A DNA stretch of 64,000 nt from Atractiella rhizophila (taxonomy: Eukaryota), in the NCBI GenBank assembly GCA_021432655.1, contig MU271228.1:62001-126000 (forward strand), given 5' to 3'. Numbering within the stretch: the stretch's first letter is position 1; each line of letters begins with the position of its first letter. Of the stretch, positions 1-11,589 are shown in pieces. The position numbers and the translations under genes were made by a program. Under the pieces are notes generated by a model, which saw nothing but the letters and a program-made list of their open reading frames with translations, searched no databases and had not been told where the DNA came from.

Positions 1-157
1 AGGCTGCTCGTGGAAGTGACATTGTGGTTTTTGCCAGAGTGCTGAGGGGCAAAAGCGATGTTTGACACTACTTGAGGGGCTGACAATTGCTGCCTCAACG
101 ACGGTTCCCTTTCTCTCGGTGCTCCTTCTCAGCTCCCCATTGCTGAACTTTTGAAAA

Positions 158-957
158 ATGGCCGGAAACGTATTGCTGGAGACCAGCATGGGTCCGATAC
201 AAATTGAGCTGTACTGGCAACATGCGCCAAAGGTTTGCTAGTCTCACTTACTTACCCAGAATTTCGATTAACTTGAATATGACAAGGAAAGACTTGCAAG
301 AACTTTTACGAACTCTCGAAAAGCAATTACTACGGTGGAACAATCTTCCATAGGGTTATTTCAGTACGCCCTTTGTTCTTGCTTCAAAATGTCACGTGAC
401 CTTCTTTGCAGGATTTTATGATCCAAGGTTCGCCCGCTCTTTCTTTCCGACTTGATAACGATTTATGCCTACATTTGCAGGAGGAGACCCAACAGGTACC
501 GGCAGAGGCGGATCCTCCATCTTTGGGGAGAAATTTGAGGACGAAATTCACCCTGACCTTCGATTCAGTGGAGCAGGGATCCTTGCGGTGTGTCCGTCCC
601 CTACAGAATTCCTCCTTAAATTTTCTTACTTGTTATTTCAAAGATGGCCAACTCCGGTCCTAACACAAACGGTTCGCAGTAAGGCCTACAATCTTTCTTT
701 TGTGAACCATCAACTTACAATCGCCTGCAGATTTTTCATCACTCTGGCTCCCACACCGCATCTCAATAAAAAGCATACTATATTCGGGAGAGTTAGTACA
801 GGGATGAGGGTTGTTGAACGACTGGGTGCCGTAGCGACGGATAATGATGATCGGTAGGTCGTTCTAGTTATGGAAGAGGACCCGAAAGCTCATAGACGAC
901 GGCGCTTACAGACCGAAGCAAGAAGTGAATATCATGAAGAGCAAAGTCGTTGACTGA
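158..957 (+). CDS. PPIL1: Peptidyl-prolyl cis-trans isomerase-like 1 (PPIL1-type cyclophilin), multi-exon
   Basis: Manual splice gives MAGNVLLETSMGPIQIELYWQHAPK-TCKNFYEL...[81 protein letters not shown]...VVD*. These are canonical cyclophilin motifs separated by GT-AG introns. Confidence 0.93.
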
Positions 958-1232
958 GGCACACTGACCTTTGAGGAAGTATTGTACGATTACAGGGCAG
1001 TCTTGTTAATCTGCTGCGAAAAATTTGTTTCTTCCCAAAATTAATATAATATTGTGCTCTACACCAGAGCAATAAAGCACACTCGGCCTCTGGGGCTCTA
1101 TTCTGACATTTGTGTTGGACACAACATGGCGAGAAAGTAAATAATCTCACGTGCCATGAGGGTAGTTGTGACATGCTCTCCCTCGTCAAGGTTTCAAGGC
1201 TTCAACGTCCAACCAACCGTACCACGCCAAAA

Positions 1233-1249
1233 ACGCGAAATATTCGCGT
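1233..1249. promoter_or_regulatory. Inverted pair of MCB/SCB-like elements (ACGCGAAATATTCGCGT) upstream of PSF1
   Basis: Two ACGCG cores in inverted orientation about 115 bp before the ATG of a DNA-replication gene; matches the fungal MBF/SBF G1/S motif class. Confidence 0.5.
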
Positions 1250-1361
1250 GGAAATACACACCGACTAGTCATATTCGCCGTGATTATTGAATATCTGAAG
1301 ACTGTCCGTTTCTCTTCCCTCATCTGCGAAAGATCCCTGATATGTACTCTGCAACAGACAG

Positions 1362-1967
1362 ATGTTGTCCGAAGGAGCCAACCAGCTCATGGGAGAATCT
1401 GCCCGCGCGCTCTCAACCAACACTCTCCGTCCCTACCCAGATAGCATCCTCTCCTCTGTATTCCGCGAGACGCGTGCCCTCGGTACACAGCTGGAGACAG
1501 CGAACGAGATCAGCACTCAGTTAGCAGATGACCCAGCCGCCACTTGCCAGCTCATGGTTTCCGCCTTGGCAGCTCAAAGGAACGGACGATGTCTCCTTGC
1601 CTTTCACCATCAGCGCTTGCAGTGGCTAAAGCAGAGGTATTGGGAAAAGGGTGCGGTCGCCTCGGTGGTCCTTGGGGATCAGGATGTGAGGAGGAATATG
1701 AGTGCGGCCGAGGTGGATTTCATGAGGAAGTACAGTCAATTGGTGATGGATTACAAAGGGGCTTTCATAGATGCCGTCGATATTTCTGGGAACGGTACGA
1801 GACCACCGAGCAGTCCGTTTATCCAGGTTAGAGTACTTAAAGATTGTGGAGAGATTGAGACGGAGTCGGGCACCATCAAGCTTAACAAGGGGAGCCAGTT
1901 TTATGTCAAGCAGCCGGACGTGGAGAGATTGTTGATGGCAGGAGTGTTGGAGCAAATATTTGATTAA
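1362..1967 (+). CDS. PSF1: GINS complex subunit PSF1 (GINS1), intronless
   Basis: 201-aa ORF with the QRNGRCLLAFHHQRL helix, MSAAEVDFMRKYSQL and the C-terminal B-domain PPSSPFIQVRVLKDCGEIETESGTIKLNKGSQFYVKQPDVERLL. Confidence 0.92.
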   Translation: MLSEGANQLMGESARALSTNTLRPYPDSILSSVFRETRALGTQLETANEISTQLADDPAATCQLMVSALAAQRNGRCLLAFHHQRLQWLKQRYWEKGAVASVVLGDQDVRRNMSAAEVDFMRKYSQLVMDYKGAFIDAVDISGNGTRPPSSPFIQVRVLKDCGEIETESGTIKLNKGSQFYVKQPDVERLLMAGVLEQIFD

Positions 1968-3183
1968 TTCTTTTCTCATCTCACTCCGTACCCTTTCGAT
2001 GTTGTGTGTTTGTGCCAGTTATGCAAGCTAGTCCCATAAGTATTCGTCAAATAGTTTCTTTTGAGGATAAATCTATTCAGCATAGGGGCGACACTGTTGA
2101 GACATCGCCCTGTCGTGAAATGCCTGTGCCAAGTGACTCATATTTATATACTTTGTTAAAAACAACTAGTTTCAGAAGGATAATGGCACCCAAATTATGA
2201 TATGTTATCTCGAGGATGCAATAAAACATTACCGCCTTTTTTTTTGAACAGATTATCGTCAAATCAATAATTGAACGTAAACAGGAATGTATTATCTCCA
2301 CTTTCTATCACATGACTTTGGCAACACGTCATTTTCTTGCTTTTCACGAGGGGGCAACACAAAAAGTGTCGCCCCAGAATACGTTTATCCTTCGTTTGAA
2401 CCCTCTGAAACGAGTGCTATTACAGAGAGTGTCGAGAGAGTGCCAGCTTGTTGCAAGTACATTAAAAGGAATGTGCGTGATGACTGGGATACATAGCACA
2501 TTCAGGAATTTGGGTAACACTGGGTGCTAAAATAAATAAGGAATAATCCGAGAGGTTGTTTGAAACATTGCTCTTCGAGTCAAGATGGAACAATGCTTTC
2601 AGCTGATCAGATTGTTTGTGGTTTGTTCAATTGACGTCATGTTTCGACATTCAACCTAACCTGCCTAAAATCAGAATACGAGGCCTGAAAAATCAGGAGA
2701 TCAAACCCTCGTCTTGATGTATGAGAGGGGATACAAAGGAAGACAATCAAATGTCCATGGAGCCTTGAATCTTTACATAAGTTCCTGGAAAGTATATCGC
2801 GATGAAGCTCGATCCCCATCAGGGTCCTTATCGTCAGATCTACTGTAAAAGACGTCGACAGCCCGAGTTGGAGACGGAAGCAAAGCGGATTCCAAACACC
2901 TTACGACATTTTGCTGAAATCGGTTCTCCGTCCCCAGAGAATGCCATGTCCAATGGAAGATCTGGATTAAAAGCCCAGTCCTTGGACGATTGGATACGGA
3001 AGGAGATTGAGAGCCGTCGCGTATGCTGGCATATGGAAAGATCGTGGCCTCATCTCACCTCAGGCAGATCTTTGAAATCGAGAACGGTGATAGAAATGTA
3101 TGACGAAGAGTTGATATATATTGCTCTCTATCCCTTCTCGCCTAGCCTTAGCTCTCACGTCTATATCTAGCGATTATTCTAGC

Positions 3184-3907
3184 ATGGGTGCCTTTGCGAG
3201 GCACACTGAGAGCAGAGGCATCCCCCCGACCAAAGAAGGTCAGCGACCGCTCCCTCGTCTGCCACGGTTCTCTGACCCGTTGGAACAGAGCTCGCAAAGC
3301 TGTGCGCTAAAAGGACCGCGTATCTGTTCCCAGCGCGAATTCATAGTGCCGCAGATGTTCTTGCCTACAGTCGAACTTTGAAGCGTTTTTATGCCTGGCT
3401 TGTACGCCATTTGTCTGATGAACTTCACTGACGCGAAATCCACAGCTTCCCCTGATTATTCAAACAGATCTCCCTATTGCTGTCCATCTTCATGCTCTGC
3501 ACCTTCTTCGACGCGTGGCACAAATGTACGTGGTGGATGTGAAGCACTGTCCCAACTTTTTCCTTGAACGGCTCTTCCTTTCTAGCCTCATTCTTGCGAC
3601 GAAATACGACGTATGTTCATCCGTTACACCTGTAATATCACTGACAAGTTTATGTGTTCAGAAAGATGATGCCTATACGAACAAAAGCTTCAAGATCGCT
3701 GCTAGTCATCTTTTTACAGTTCAGGAGATCAACGAAAACGAGATGGAACTTCTTCGATGCTTGGATTACAAGCTGAGGGGAAAGGAGGAAGATTTGAACA
3801 CTCTTTTGGCGAAAGAGGAGGAATTATGGCTTGGCAGCCTTGAACGCAAGCGACGAAAACTACGACCTTCATCTTGGGGCTTGGGCTTGATTCCTCACTC
3901 CATCTGA
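3184..3907 (+). CDS. Pho85/PCL-type cyclin-fold protein (divergent), about 4 exons
   Basis: Spliced product contains DLPIAVHLHALHLLRRV...ERLFLSSLILATKYD-KDDAYTNKSF...FTVQEINENEMELLRCLDYKL, a cyclin box. The start codon is inferred from in-frame splicing. Confidence 0.7.
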
Positions 3908-4301
3908 TATTGCGAACAACTTCGATATTCTTTCCACGATGCTGCACTCGGCTTCTTTTGGGTCAATTATTTGTTACACGGGAAAATCGCAACTTGTGAA
4001 TAGTCATTGTGGATACTCATCATTCAGGACATATAGAAGTAAATGATTATTGAATTCTTCTCTCAACGCGATCAAAGTCGCCTAAGCCTCAACCCTTCAA
4101 TGCCGGTCAATTCGAGACGCACCTTCACTTCTGTAGTACGTGAATCAGGAATGGAAGCTCAGTCGATCTTTCAAGTCAGCAAGAAAGAAAGGGGAAGAAA
4201 CGGCAACAGGGCGAAAATGTGTAAAGAAAATCTAGAGGTACAACAACCGAAACCGAAATGGATACTGCAATATGACTTCGCACCTTTCCTCATGAACCCG
4301 C

Positions 4302-5693
4302 TCAATCGAATAATCCCTCGTCAGGCGTAAAGCCCTCGATATCCAGAAAACCTTCTGCCTCTTCCAACTTAACTAACACCTCAACAACAAATTTCCTGAC
4401 GGGGCCATGGTCGTCGCCGAGGTTGCGGGTGGACCGAGGAGAAGTTGCACTGGAGAAGTCGGGGGCGAAGAGACCGTCTTGGTACTCCTTATGGAGGAAC
4501 GTGCCATTGTTGTCAGAGCTGCCCATCGAAGGAACACTACCGGGAACTGAGGAGGATGGACTGTTATTATTCGAAGAGTATGCACGTGACTTCTTGACCT
4601 TTTTGAGTTGACCATTCTTTTTCTTCCTTCCTGTCGCGCTCGACTCAGAATTAGCGGTCACCGCCGTGACGGTGGAAGGAGCGGGAGCGACGGTGAGCTC
4701 AGGGTCGAAGATGACTTTAGTGGACGTCGAATGGCGCCGAGTTGCAGACGTGTTAGATGCGGCATGCATCGTCAGCTCCTCATCGAGCGTGAGGTCAAAG
4801 AAAGGGATCGCGAGGTCCGGAAGAGTGTTCAATGCCTCTGAAAAGTCCTCGTCCTCCATTGACTCTCCAGATGAAGAAGAATGCGTCCTTCTTCTCGAGG
4901 ACTTTCCGTTTCCTTTTAAGCCCTTTATGCTTATCGCGTTGGGGTTCTCCGTGGGAGAGACCGACTGCCGACCTTTCTTCGTCTTGTCTCCTTCCAACCT
5001 CTTTACCTCCCTCACTCCTCCCTCCGCTCCCGCAACCTCAATCTCTCTCACCACGCTCACCTCCGCTCCCAAATGGTCCGCCATCCGCCGTAAACAGTCG
5101 AGGGAAGCGTCCATCTCTTCCCGAGATAATCCAACAATGGTTCCCGAGTCTAGAAGCCCGATCTCGTACAACGCTAGGCCTCCTCCTTCGGCCAGACGCC
5201 ATTTAAGCTGAGTGATGAGTTTCTGGAACCGCTCAGGGGTGTTGGCGACTAACTTCAGCTGTTGGATACTGTTTACATTTCCCCTCCACTTTGAAGACAA
5301 ACACAGACCTTGTATTCGATCTATACGCACTCCTGTCAGAAACAGCGTCTAAACATCAAGACAAAGAAGAGGAACTGACATGTCCAGTCTCGTCCACCTC
5401 AGGAATCAAGCTCCTCCAGGTGTCCGCATCATTGAGTCCTCGCTCCAATTCCGCATTCGGGTTCAACAATGCGCTATTCTTCGTTCCAACAGCGTTCGTG
5501 GGGATAGGTTGCTTGACGTGCAATTTCGGGGGAGTAGCAACTTTACTTCCCTCCGGCGTAGAAGGATACAGCTCCTCCCACGGCTTCGTGCCCCCACGAA
5601 GCGAGAAGCGTGAACAACCATTCCATTCCGTATACGTAAGAGGAAACATACAGACGGCTGCCTTGGGGATTCAGAGGCTTCTTCTCCAAACAT
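4302..5693 (-). CDS. Protein consisting of the GTPBP1/GTPBP2-type N-terminal domain plus a low-complexity insert; no GTPase domain
   Basis: Spliced MFGEEASESPRQPS-PWEEL...LIPEVDETGH-IEYK (12-nt micro-exon)-LKLVANTPERFQKLITQLKWRLAEGGGLALYEIGLLDSGTIVGLSREEMDASLDCLRRMA...VVEVLVKLEEAEGFLDIEGF...*. No P-loop occurs before the stop. Confidence 0.8.
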
Positions 5694-6829
5694 TTACAGT
5701 GGTCAAATTACGTTCTCTGATTTGCTTTTGCGAGCCTTGTTATGACTTTCGGTGTCCGTAGGACGTGATGTGTTCTTGTTCTTGTTGGTATCGGCAGGAA
5801 ATGATTCGAAGTACTGAAATGATTGCTGAAGCGATACATGGTGTTATTCTGTTAACTACGGAAGCTTCGACAGCGTTAGACAGCCTATATTCGAGGAATC
5901 ATGCTGGTCAAAGAAAGGAACACTGTTGAAGTTGGTTGTTTGGGTTGTGGCGGGGTTGAAATGCGGTCGACTGATAAACCAGAGGATCGACTCATGAGCA
6001 ACGAGCTCAGTCATGCAAAATCGGCAAGGTCTCCGAGTCTCACAGGAATCTACTTGAATTGAGAATGCAACTCAATGCTGTCACATGGAATATGGGATAT
6101 GCCTAATATTTCATGAGCATCACAGATGCACTATTAAAAACCTTGAAGGGGACAGAGGCAGAAAAGGAGAAGCGAAGGAGTCAGGAAATTTATAAACAAG
6201 GAGGGGAAATTACAATCGTCCATCATCGATTTCAAGGAAGAGAATAGAAACCCCACCAACAAGAACACAAAGCAGAGTAGAGAAAGTGAAACAGAAGCAG
6301 CGACAAATGCAAGCGGGGGGATCCAAGCACTTCACATCCAAGCCTTCCCATCCTTCGATTGAAAATCAAAGAACAGGGTGAGAACGAGGAGTTTAGTGTG
6401 GAAGGGGATGCAGCAACGGAATCCAATCGAAGTCCAACCATCCATCCAACGAATCAACTTATCAAACCATCCATTTGAACGAGGCGGGATAGACAGAGTT
6501 GTGATGGGAAGCAGGAGCGGATCGATCTTCAGCCGGCGCAAAATGCAGGCACCGTACACTCGAAAACGACCATGGATCACGTGTGGTAGGAGCTTGTCAA
6601 CAAAAATGGTACCGAAGGCCCTAAAACGGAAGGGCGACGGAGAGACTGATAGAAGGTTGACAAGCGCCTGAAATCCATGACGGCCGGACATGAAATCCAG
6701 TTGGGACATCGATAAACCTACCCCTCTTCAAGCAAGAGAGAAAGGTTGTCTCGACGAAAAATGGAATTCTAAAGCGGCAAAACTTAGCATGGTGCACTTG
6801 AAGGAGAAGAACAACAAACCAGTCAAAAA

Positions 6830-8215
6830 TCAAGTGGTAGACTCGCATTTGTGCTTCTGGTAGATAGGCACGTCGTGAAATTCGCCATTGCAGCCAGAAC
6901 AGACGATTGGTTTCTCGGGACTTGGCTGATGAAGAGCTTGAAGATGTCTTCCAAGGTCGTGCTTCCTGCTGAAAGCTTTGGGACACGACGGACAGACGTA
7001 GTCCTTTCGTCCAGTATGCGTCGACTGTTATCACGACCACCACACAAATACGTTAGACAGCGACAGCAGAATAAAAGAAAGAGCGAACCATATGAGTGCC
7101 CAGGTTATAATTCCTGGCAAACGCTTTCTCGCAACCAGGGTGAGGACACCTGTACCTCTTTGGCTGCTGAGGCCTTCCGTTCCCGCTCAAAGGCATGCTG
7201 GCCGATTGATGCACGCCCTCGGGAGAAGAATGCTGAGAACCAGCGTGCATGTGACCATTGAAACTTTGAAAATTGGCAAAGGCGGGATCCATCTGCATCT
7301 GAGCCTGACCAAAATTCATCTGTTGTTGATGCTGGGCGAGGCTACCGTTCGCGATCTGTTGAGGGACGAAAGAATTGTCCATGCCGATGGGAAACGTTTG
7401 GGGATGACCAGTGGCGGTCACTGGGACGAAATGAGCGGGACTTTGACCTCCAGACGAATTATGAGGGGACGGAATTCCCTGGTGATGCGGAGAGCCGGCT
7501 CCTTGCATGACGGAGGGTGACGGACCATTGACGTTGGGGTAATAGAATTGCCCAGGGAATTGCTGGATGACAACAAGTGTTAATACGCCACCTCCCAACC
7601 CGTAAGAAAAATGAGAGGAAAAACTAACAGCTGCATTGTTCACACCATGACCCCTATTCACGTTCGCGATGTTCGGTACTGTTCCACCGCTCGCCACAGG
7701 GAGAGAGACGGGTGCGGGAGTCACTGAAGTGTGTTGAACCTCGGATTTTACTTGAGAGCTAGCCATGAGAGCGTTGAAGACTTGAGTGAGAGGAGAGGGT
7801 GCGTTTTGAGGAGAATCGATGGCAGAATCCGGCGGTGAAGCAGGAGCGGAATTGTTGACGTCTGAGAAATCGAGGGGAGGGAGCGCGGTGGGAGGGTCCT
7901 GGTTGACAAAGTTAAAGTCAAAAGTACCGTTATCTGAGAAATTTGATATATTGAACGGATTGAACGAATCGAGGAGGGCAAGTTGGGTCGCTTCGTCCGA
8001 CTCCTGTTTAACGAAGAATTCGATGTCCTGAAAGATCTCTGAGGAGTTCAAGAACACCTGAGACTGTGACTGATACTCTTGATCGTAGTCGAGGATTCTA
8101 GCCTTATCGTCGGCAGTTGGGTGAATGAGATCTTGGAAAGCAAAAGACATTTGTCTGAGTCGCAAGGCAAAATTTGGGTGAGCTGGAGCAAAGGGAGACT
8201 TTACGGAGCAGCCAT
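6830..8215 (-). CDS. C2H2 zinc-finger transcription factor
   Basis: YRCPHPGCEKAFARNYNLGTHM-STHTGRKDYVCPSCPKAFSRKHDLGRHLQALH plus a degenerate CxxC...HxC finger. An 11-nt first exon (ATGGCTGCTCC) and a 50-nt intron join in frame (MAAPQMSFAFQ). The middle region is Q/S/P-rich. Confidence 0.88.
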
Positions 8216-8521
8216 GCTTTCGATCTCTTATGGGAACCGAATTGGGGCGAAAGTTGGGTCGCTTCGTCCGACTCCTGTTTAACGAAGAATTCGATGTCCT
8301 GAAAGATCTCTGAGGAGTTCAAGAACACCTGAGACTGTGACTGATACTCTTGATCGTAGTCGAGGATTCTAGCCTTATCGTCGGCAGTTGGGTGAATGAG
8401 ATCTTGGAAAGCAAAAGACATTTGTCTGAGTCGCAAGGCAAAATTTGGGTGAGCTGGAGCAAAGGGAGACTTTACGGAGCAGCCATGCTTTCGATCTCTT
8501 ATGGGAACCGAATTGGGGCGA
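7980..8521. repeat. Direct tandem duplication, 2 x 271 bp (7980-8250 and 8251-8521)
   Basis: The two copies read identical by eye, and the ORF track shows paired ORFs offset by 271 nt (8165/8436, 8079/8350). Confidence 0.97.
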
Positions 8522-10259
8522 GGCTGCGGTCTTATGGAACTGTTTTCAACAGGTGATGGCGGTGTAAACTATGTCCACTCCCGTATGTTCACCGGCACGC
8601 AAGCCCTCCCGGCGGTCACCATAAATACGCCACGTATTATTATGTAGCATATCTGACAACAAACATCCGTCCGACAAACACATTCGTTTCCACCTCTCCA
8701 TGTTTCCTCGAAAAAGCGTGTTCGTCGCCGCTCTGCTTTGGTCCCGTTCCCTTGGAATGGAACACTGGAAAATTTCATAATTCATTTAATTAACCTTGTG
8801 ACAACACACTTTGTTCTTTCGGGCAACATTCGCTTGTACGGTAAAAACTTCTTCCAACCTTTCCTTCCAAGAGTGCATCCAGTCCATCAGTTCAGCGACA
8901 GGAAGTAACAGTTGGGACGTTGGTCCTCTGTCCAACTGTTCCATTCTGCTTCCAGGATTTGAATTTATTACGTCCTTCCTACAACACCTTCACCTTCCCC
9001 TGCTCCTGTACAAGGCCGCAAGCTATTTTCGTTATCATGCACGCGTGCAGCTTGCATTGGAGATGTTGCAATCCTCACGTCGTTACGAGGTGGGACAGCG
9101 GCCCATACGGCGACCTGGAAACTAGGACTCTTGTCATTGGTGATCAGAATGAAGTTGCGTCCTCGGTTTGAACCATTTTGAGTCTGAAGCGTATGCTCGA
9201 TGTTGGCCAGATCACGACAGCACGAATCTCTGCAGTTGACGTTAGGCGGGACCGGTTTGAGGATTGTTCTGCCTCAAGAATGGGTGGACCCGACTTCTTC
9301 ATATGCTAAATCAATTCTGGGCGACAGATCCCAAGCATTCAACTTTGTTGATTCATGTCTCAAGACCATCGAGGAAGTGATACAGTTATCTCGGGCTCTT
9401 CCGCTCTCCCTATCTTTCAACCGAATTGTGTGGTATCCTCTCCACCCTTGCTGAACCCTTCAATTCCCTCGTTTTTACTGAACCTCATTTCTTCTTGCCC
9501 TTCTACAATGGTGCTGCAGCGGGCGAAAGATAATTCGCAGTTGAGACGCAGTTGGTGCCTTGGTTGCAGAACCTTGCATTAAGCCAACGTCTCTTTTCCG
9601 TCCCTTTGTTGTCAAATTTCTGGATTTTGAAGATAAACGCCCATACTTGGGTCTGCTTCTTGCTCGTTTCCAGGTGTGCCGCATGCTAGTCGCGGAGACT
9701 TCATCTTCGTCTTCAGCAGTTGTACATGATCTCTCTACTTTACATCCTTCTTCCGGTATTCAAAGCTTCGATACCAGGTACATGCTGCTGTCTTTAGCCC
9801 TCCTTGAACGCACTTCTTTGCCAGTATGCACGCGACTTTTGATCGAGATCGTCGACCACATGAATATTGACCTACTTCCTTCGAGACAAATTCACCGACA
9901 GCCTGCGAGCAGGTCCGACTGTGTCGTCTCGCTTCCTCCTTCACTGAAAGTCCTGTACCTTGTCCCCTCTCCGTTTTGACTCGAGTTCAAGTTTCTTCTT
10001 CCCGTCTTTGTTTCCATGTTATGTCCATCCACCATCGTGCATCATAGCCAGTGTGCACCACGTAATGAGTCCGGCAAACGAGCTTGCATCCAGATAGCCA
10101 ATAAATCTGAGGAGAAATTGCCCTCGTTGCACTGATAAAGACTGCCTTGACTCGGTACTTGCTAAGCGAGGCTGGTGATTGACTCGATTTCTAACACCAT
10201 CTACAGTGAGGGACGTGCCTTTGTGTTGAGCACGGAGAGTGGGGATTCCTCTCCGTGCC

Positions 10260-10266
10260 TATAAAA
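10260..10266 (+). promoter_or_regulatory. TATA box of the methyltransferase gene
   Basis: TATAAAA about 35 nt upstream of the ATG at 10301. Confidence 0.45.
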
Positions 10267-10300
10267 GTCGGTCTGCTCTGACCTCCATAGTCCAAGAAAC

Positions 10301-11513
10301 ATGTCTACAGTAATGAAAGGAAATCGACCAGTCCTCGACGAGCGCGAGATCGCCATTTTGTACATTGGCCAACCTGGGATGGCCAAGGAAGATTTACGTT
10401 GGTCTGATCTTGCGCAGGTCAGACATAGGATTTCGCTCGTTCAGAACTGGGGGATCGAGGTGGGGGAGAAGGTATGGCGCTCACTTGTCTGTGTGTGAAG
10501 TTGCTGAACAGGCATGGCAGATTCTGGAAATCGGCTGTGGTCAAGTTGGTTTCCTTCCTGCCGTTGCCCTGAAAGCGTGCTCATGCGATGTACAGGGAGA
10601 CTGCTCCGTCGTCCTCACAGCTGCTGTGAAAGGAGGTGTGAGAGAAGAAGATAATGCAGGGCATGTCACAGCGATTGACCCGGCGCCAGGAGACTATGGC
10701 AGGTTCCATCCATTGGCATCATAAATGAATGTATACTAACCTCTTTTCAGGTTCTCCTTGGACCCTGAAACAAGCTCAAGATCACCTGGTCTCGTCCACA
10801 GCCCTTGCTCCCCATCTCCAGTTCAGACAGATTGGACCAATTGAACACTTCGCTTCCCTACCGAAAGAACAAGATCCGTACGACGCGACCGTCCTCTGCC
10901 ACTGTTCGTATTATTTCGAATCGCCCTCAGTCCTGGCAAACATTTTGTCGGCGGCGAAGAGCAAAACGAAGAGGATCTATTTTGCAGAATATGCTCTTAG
11001 GGCTAGCAAGATGTCGCAGGTTCCCCATGTGTTGTCGGTTCTTGCTCAAGGTACCACAATCCATGTTCTCATATTGCTTAAGCCAACACGTACGTGACCA
11101 GGTGCACTTGAGGCATTTCTTGGAGAAGGAAAGCGCCAACCGAACGTACGCACGACCTTCACGCCGAACCAAGTCAAGGAAACCGCATCCAAGCACGGGT
11201 GGAAAGTTGCCAAAGAAGGAATATTCACCCCGATTGTCCGTCAATCCGTTTTTGATCCAAAGAGACAGGGCTGATCCCTATGCAGGACGATCTCCAGGAT
11301 GGAATCTGGGAGCTCGATACTGTTGTCGACAAAGATTGGGCAAAAGATATCCTGCAAGGGGATGACGAGAAGAAGAAAGCAGTGATCCAGGCTGCTCGTG
11401 ATGCTGTCTTCAACTCTTTCGACACCTTGGGATGGAAGCAAGGCGACAAGAGGCACGGCACTTTCACGACCATGGATGTTTGGTGGGCTGTTTTTGAGGA
11501 AGTGGCGGAATAG
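10301..11513 (+). CDS. Class I SAM-dependent methyltransferase (fungal ustM-like family)
   Basis: Spliced AQVRHRISLVQNWGIEVGEK-ILEIGCGQ-GDCSVVL...HVTAIDPAPGDYG-SPWTLKQAQDHL...YDATVLCHCSYYF...RIYFAEYAL. Motif I is LEIGCGQG. Confidence 0.85.
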
Positions 11514-11589
11514 GCATTTAAGCAGTACAAAATTGTAAACATTGTCCAGGGGAATCAATCAGCTACAAACTAACGTTTCATTCACTTCT

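Noticed and set aside
2802..3170. 122-aa ORF upstream of the cyclin
   Set aside because: No recognisable motif and no splice link to the cyclin that I could establish.
8201..8215. Tiny MAAP* uORF (GCN4-like) before the C2H2 TF
   Set aside because: The stop lies inside a 50-nt GT-AG intron; splicing makes it the in-frame first exon.
10301..11513. Ustiloxin-type RiPP cluster suggested by the ustM-like methyltransferase
   Set aside because: No repetitive Kex2-processed precursor or DUF3328-type gene is nearby, and the neighbours are housekeeping genes.
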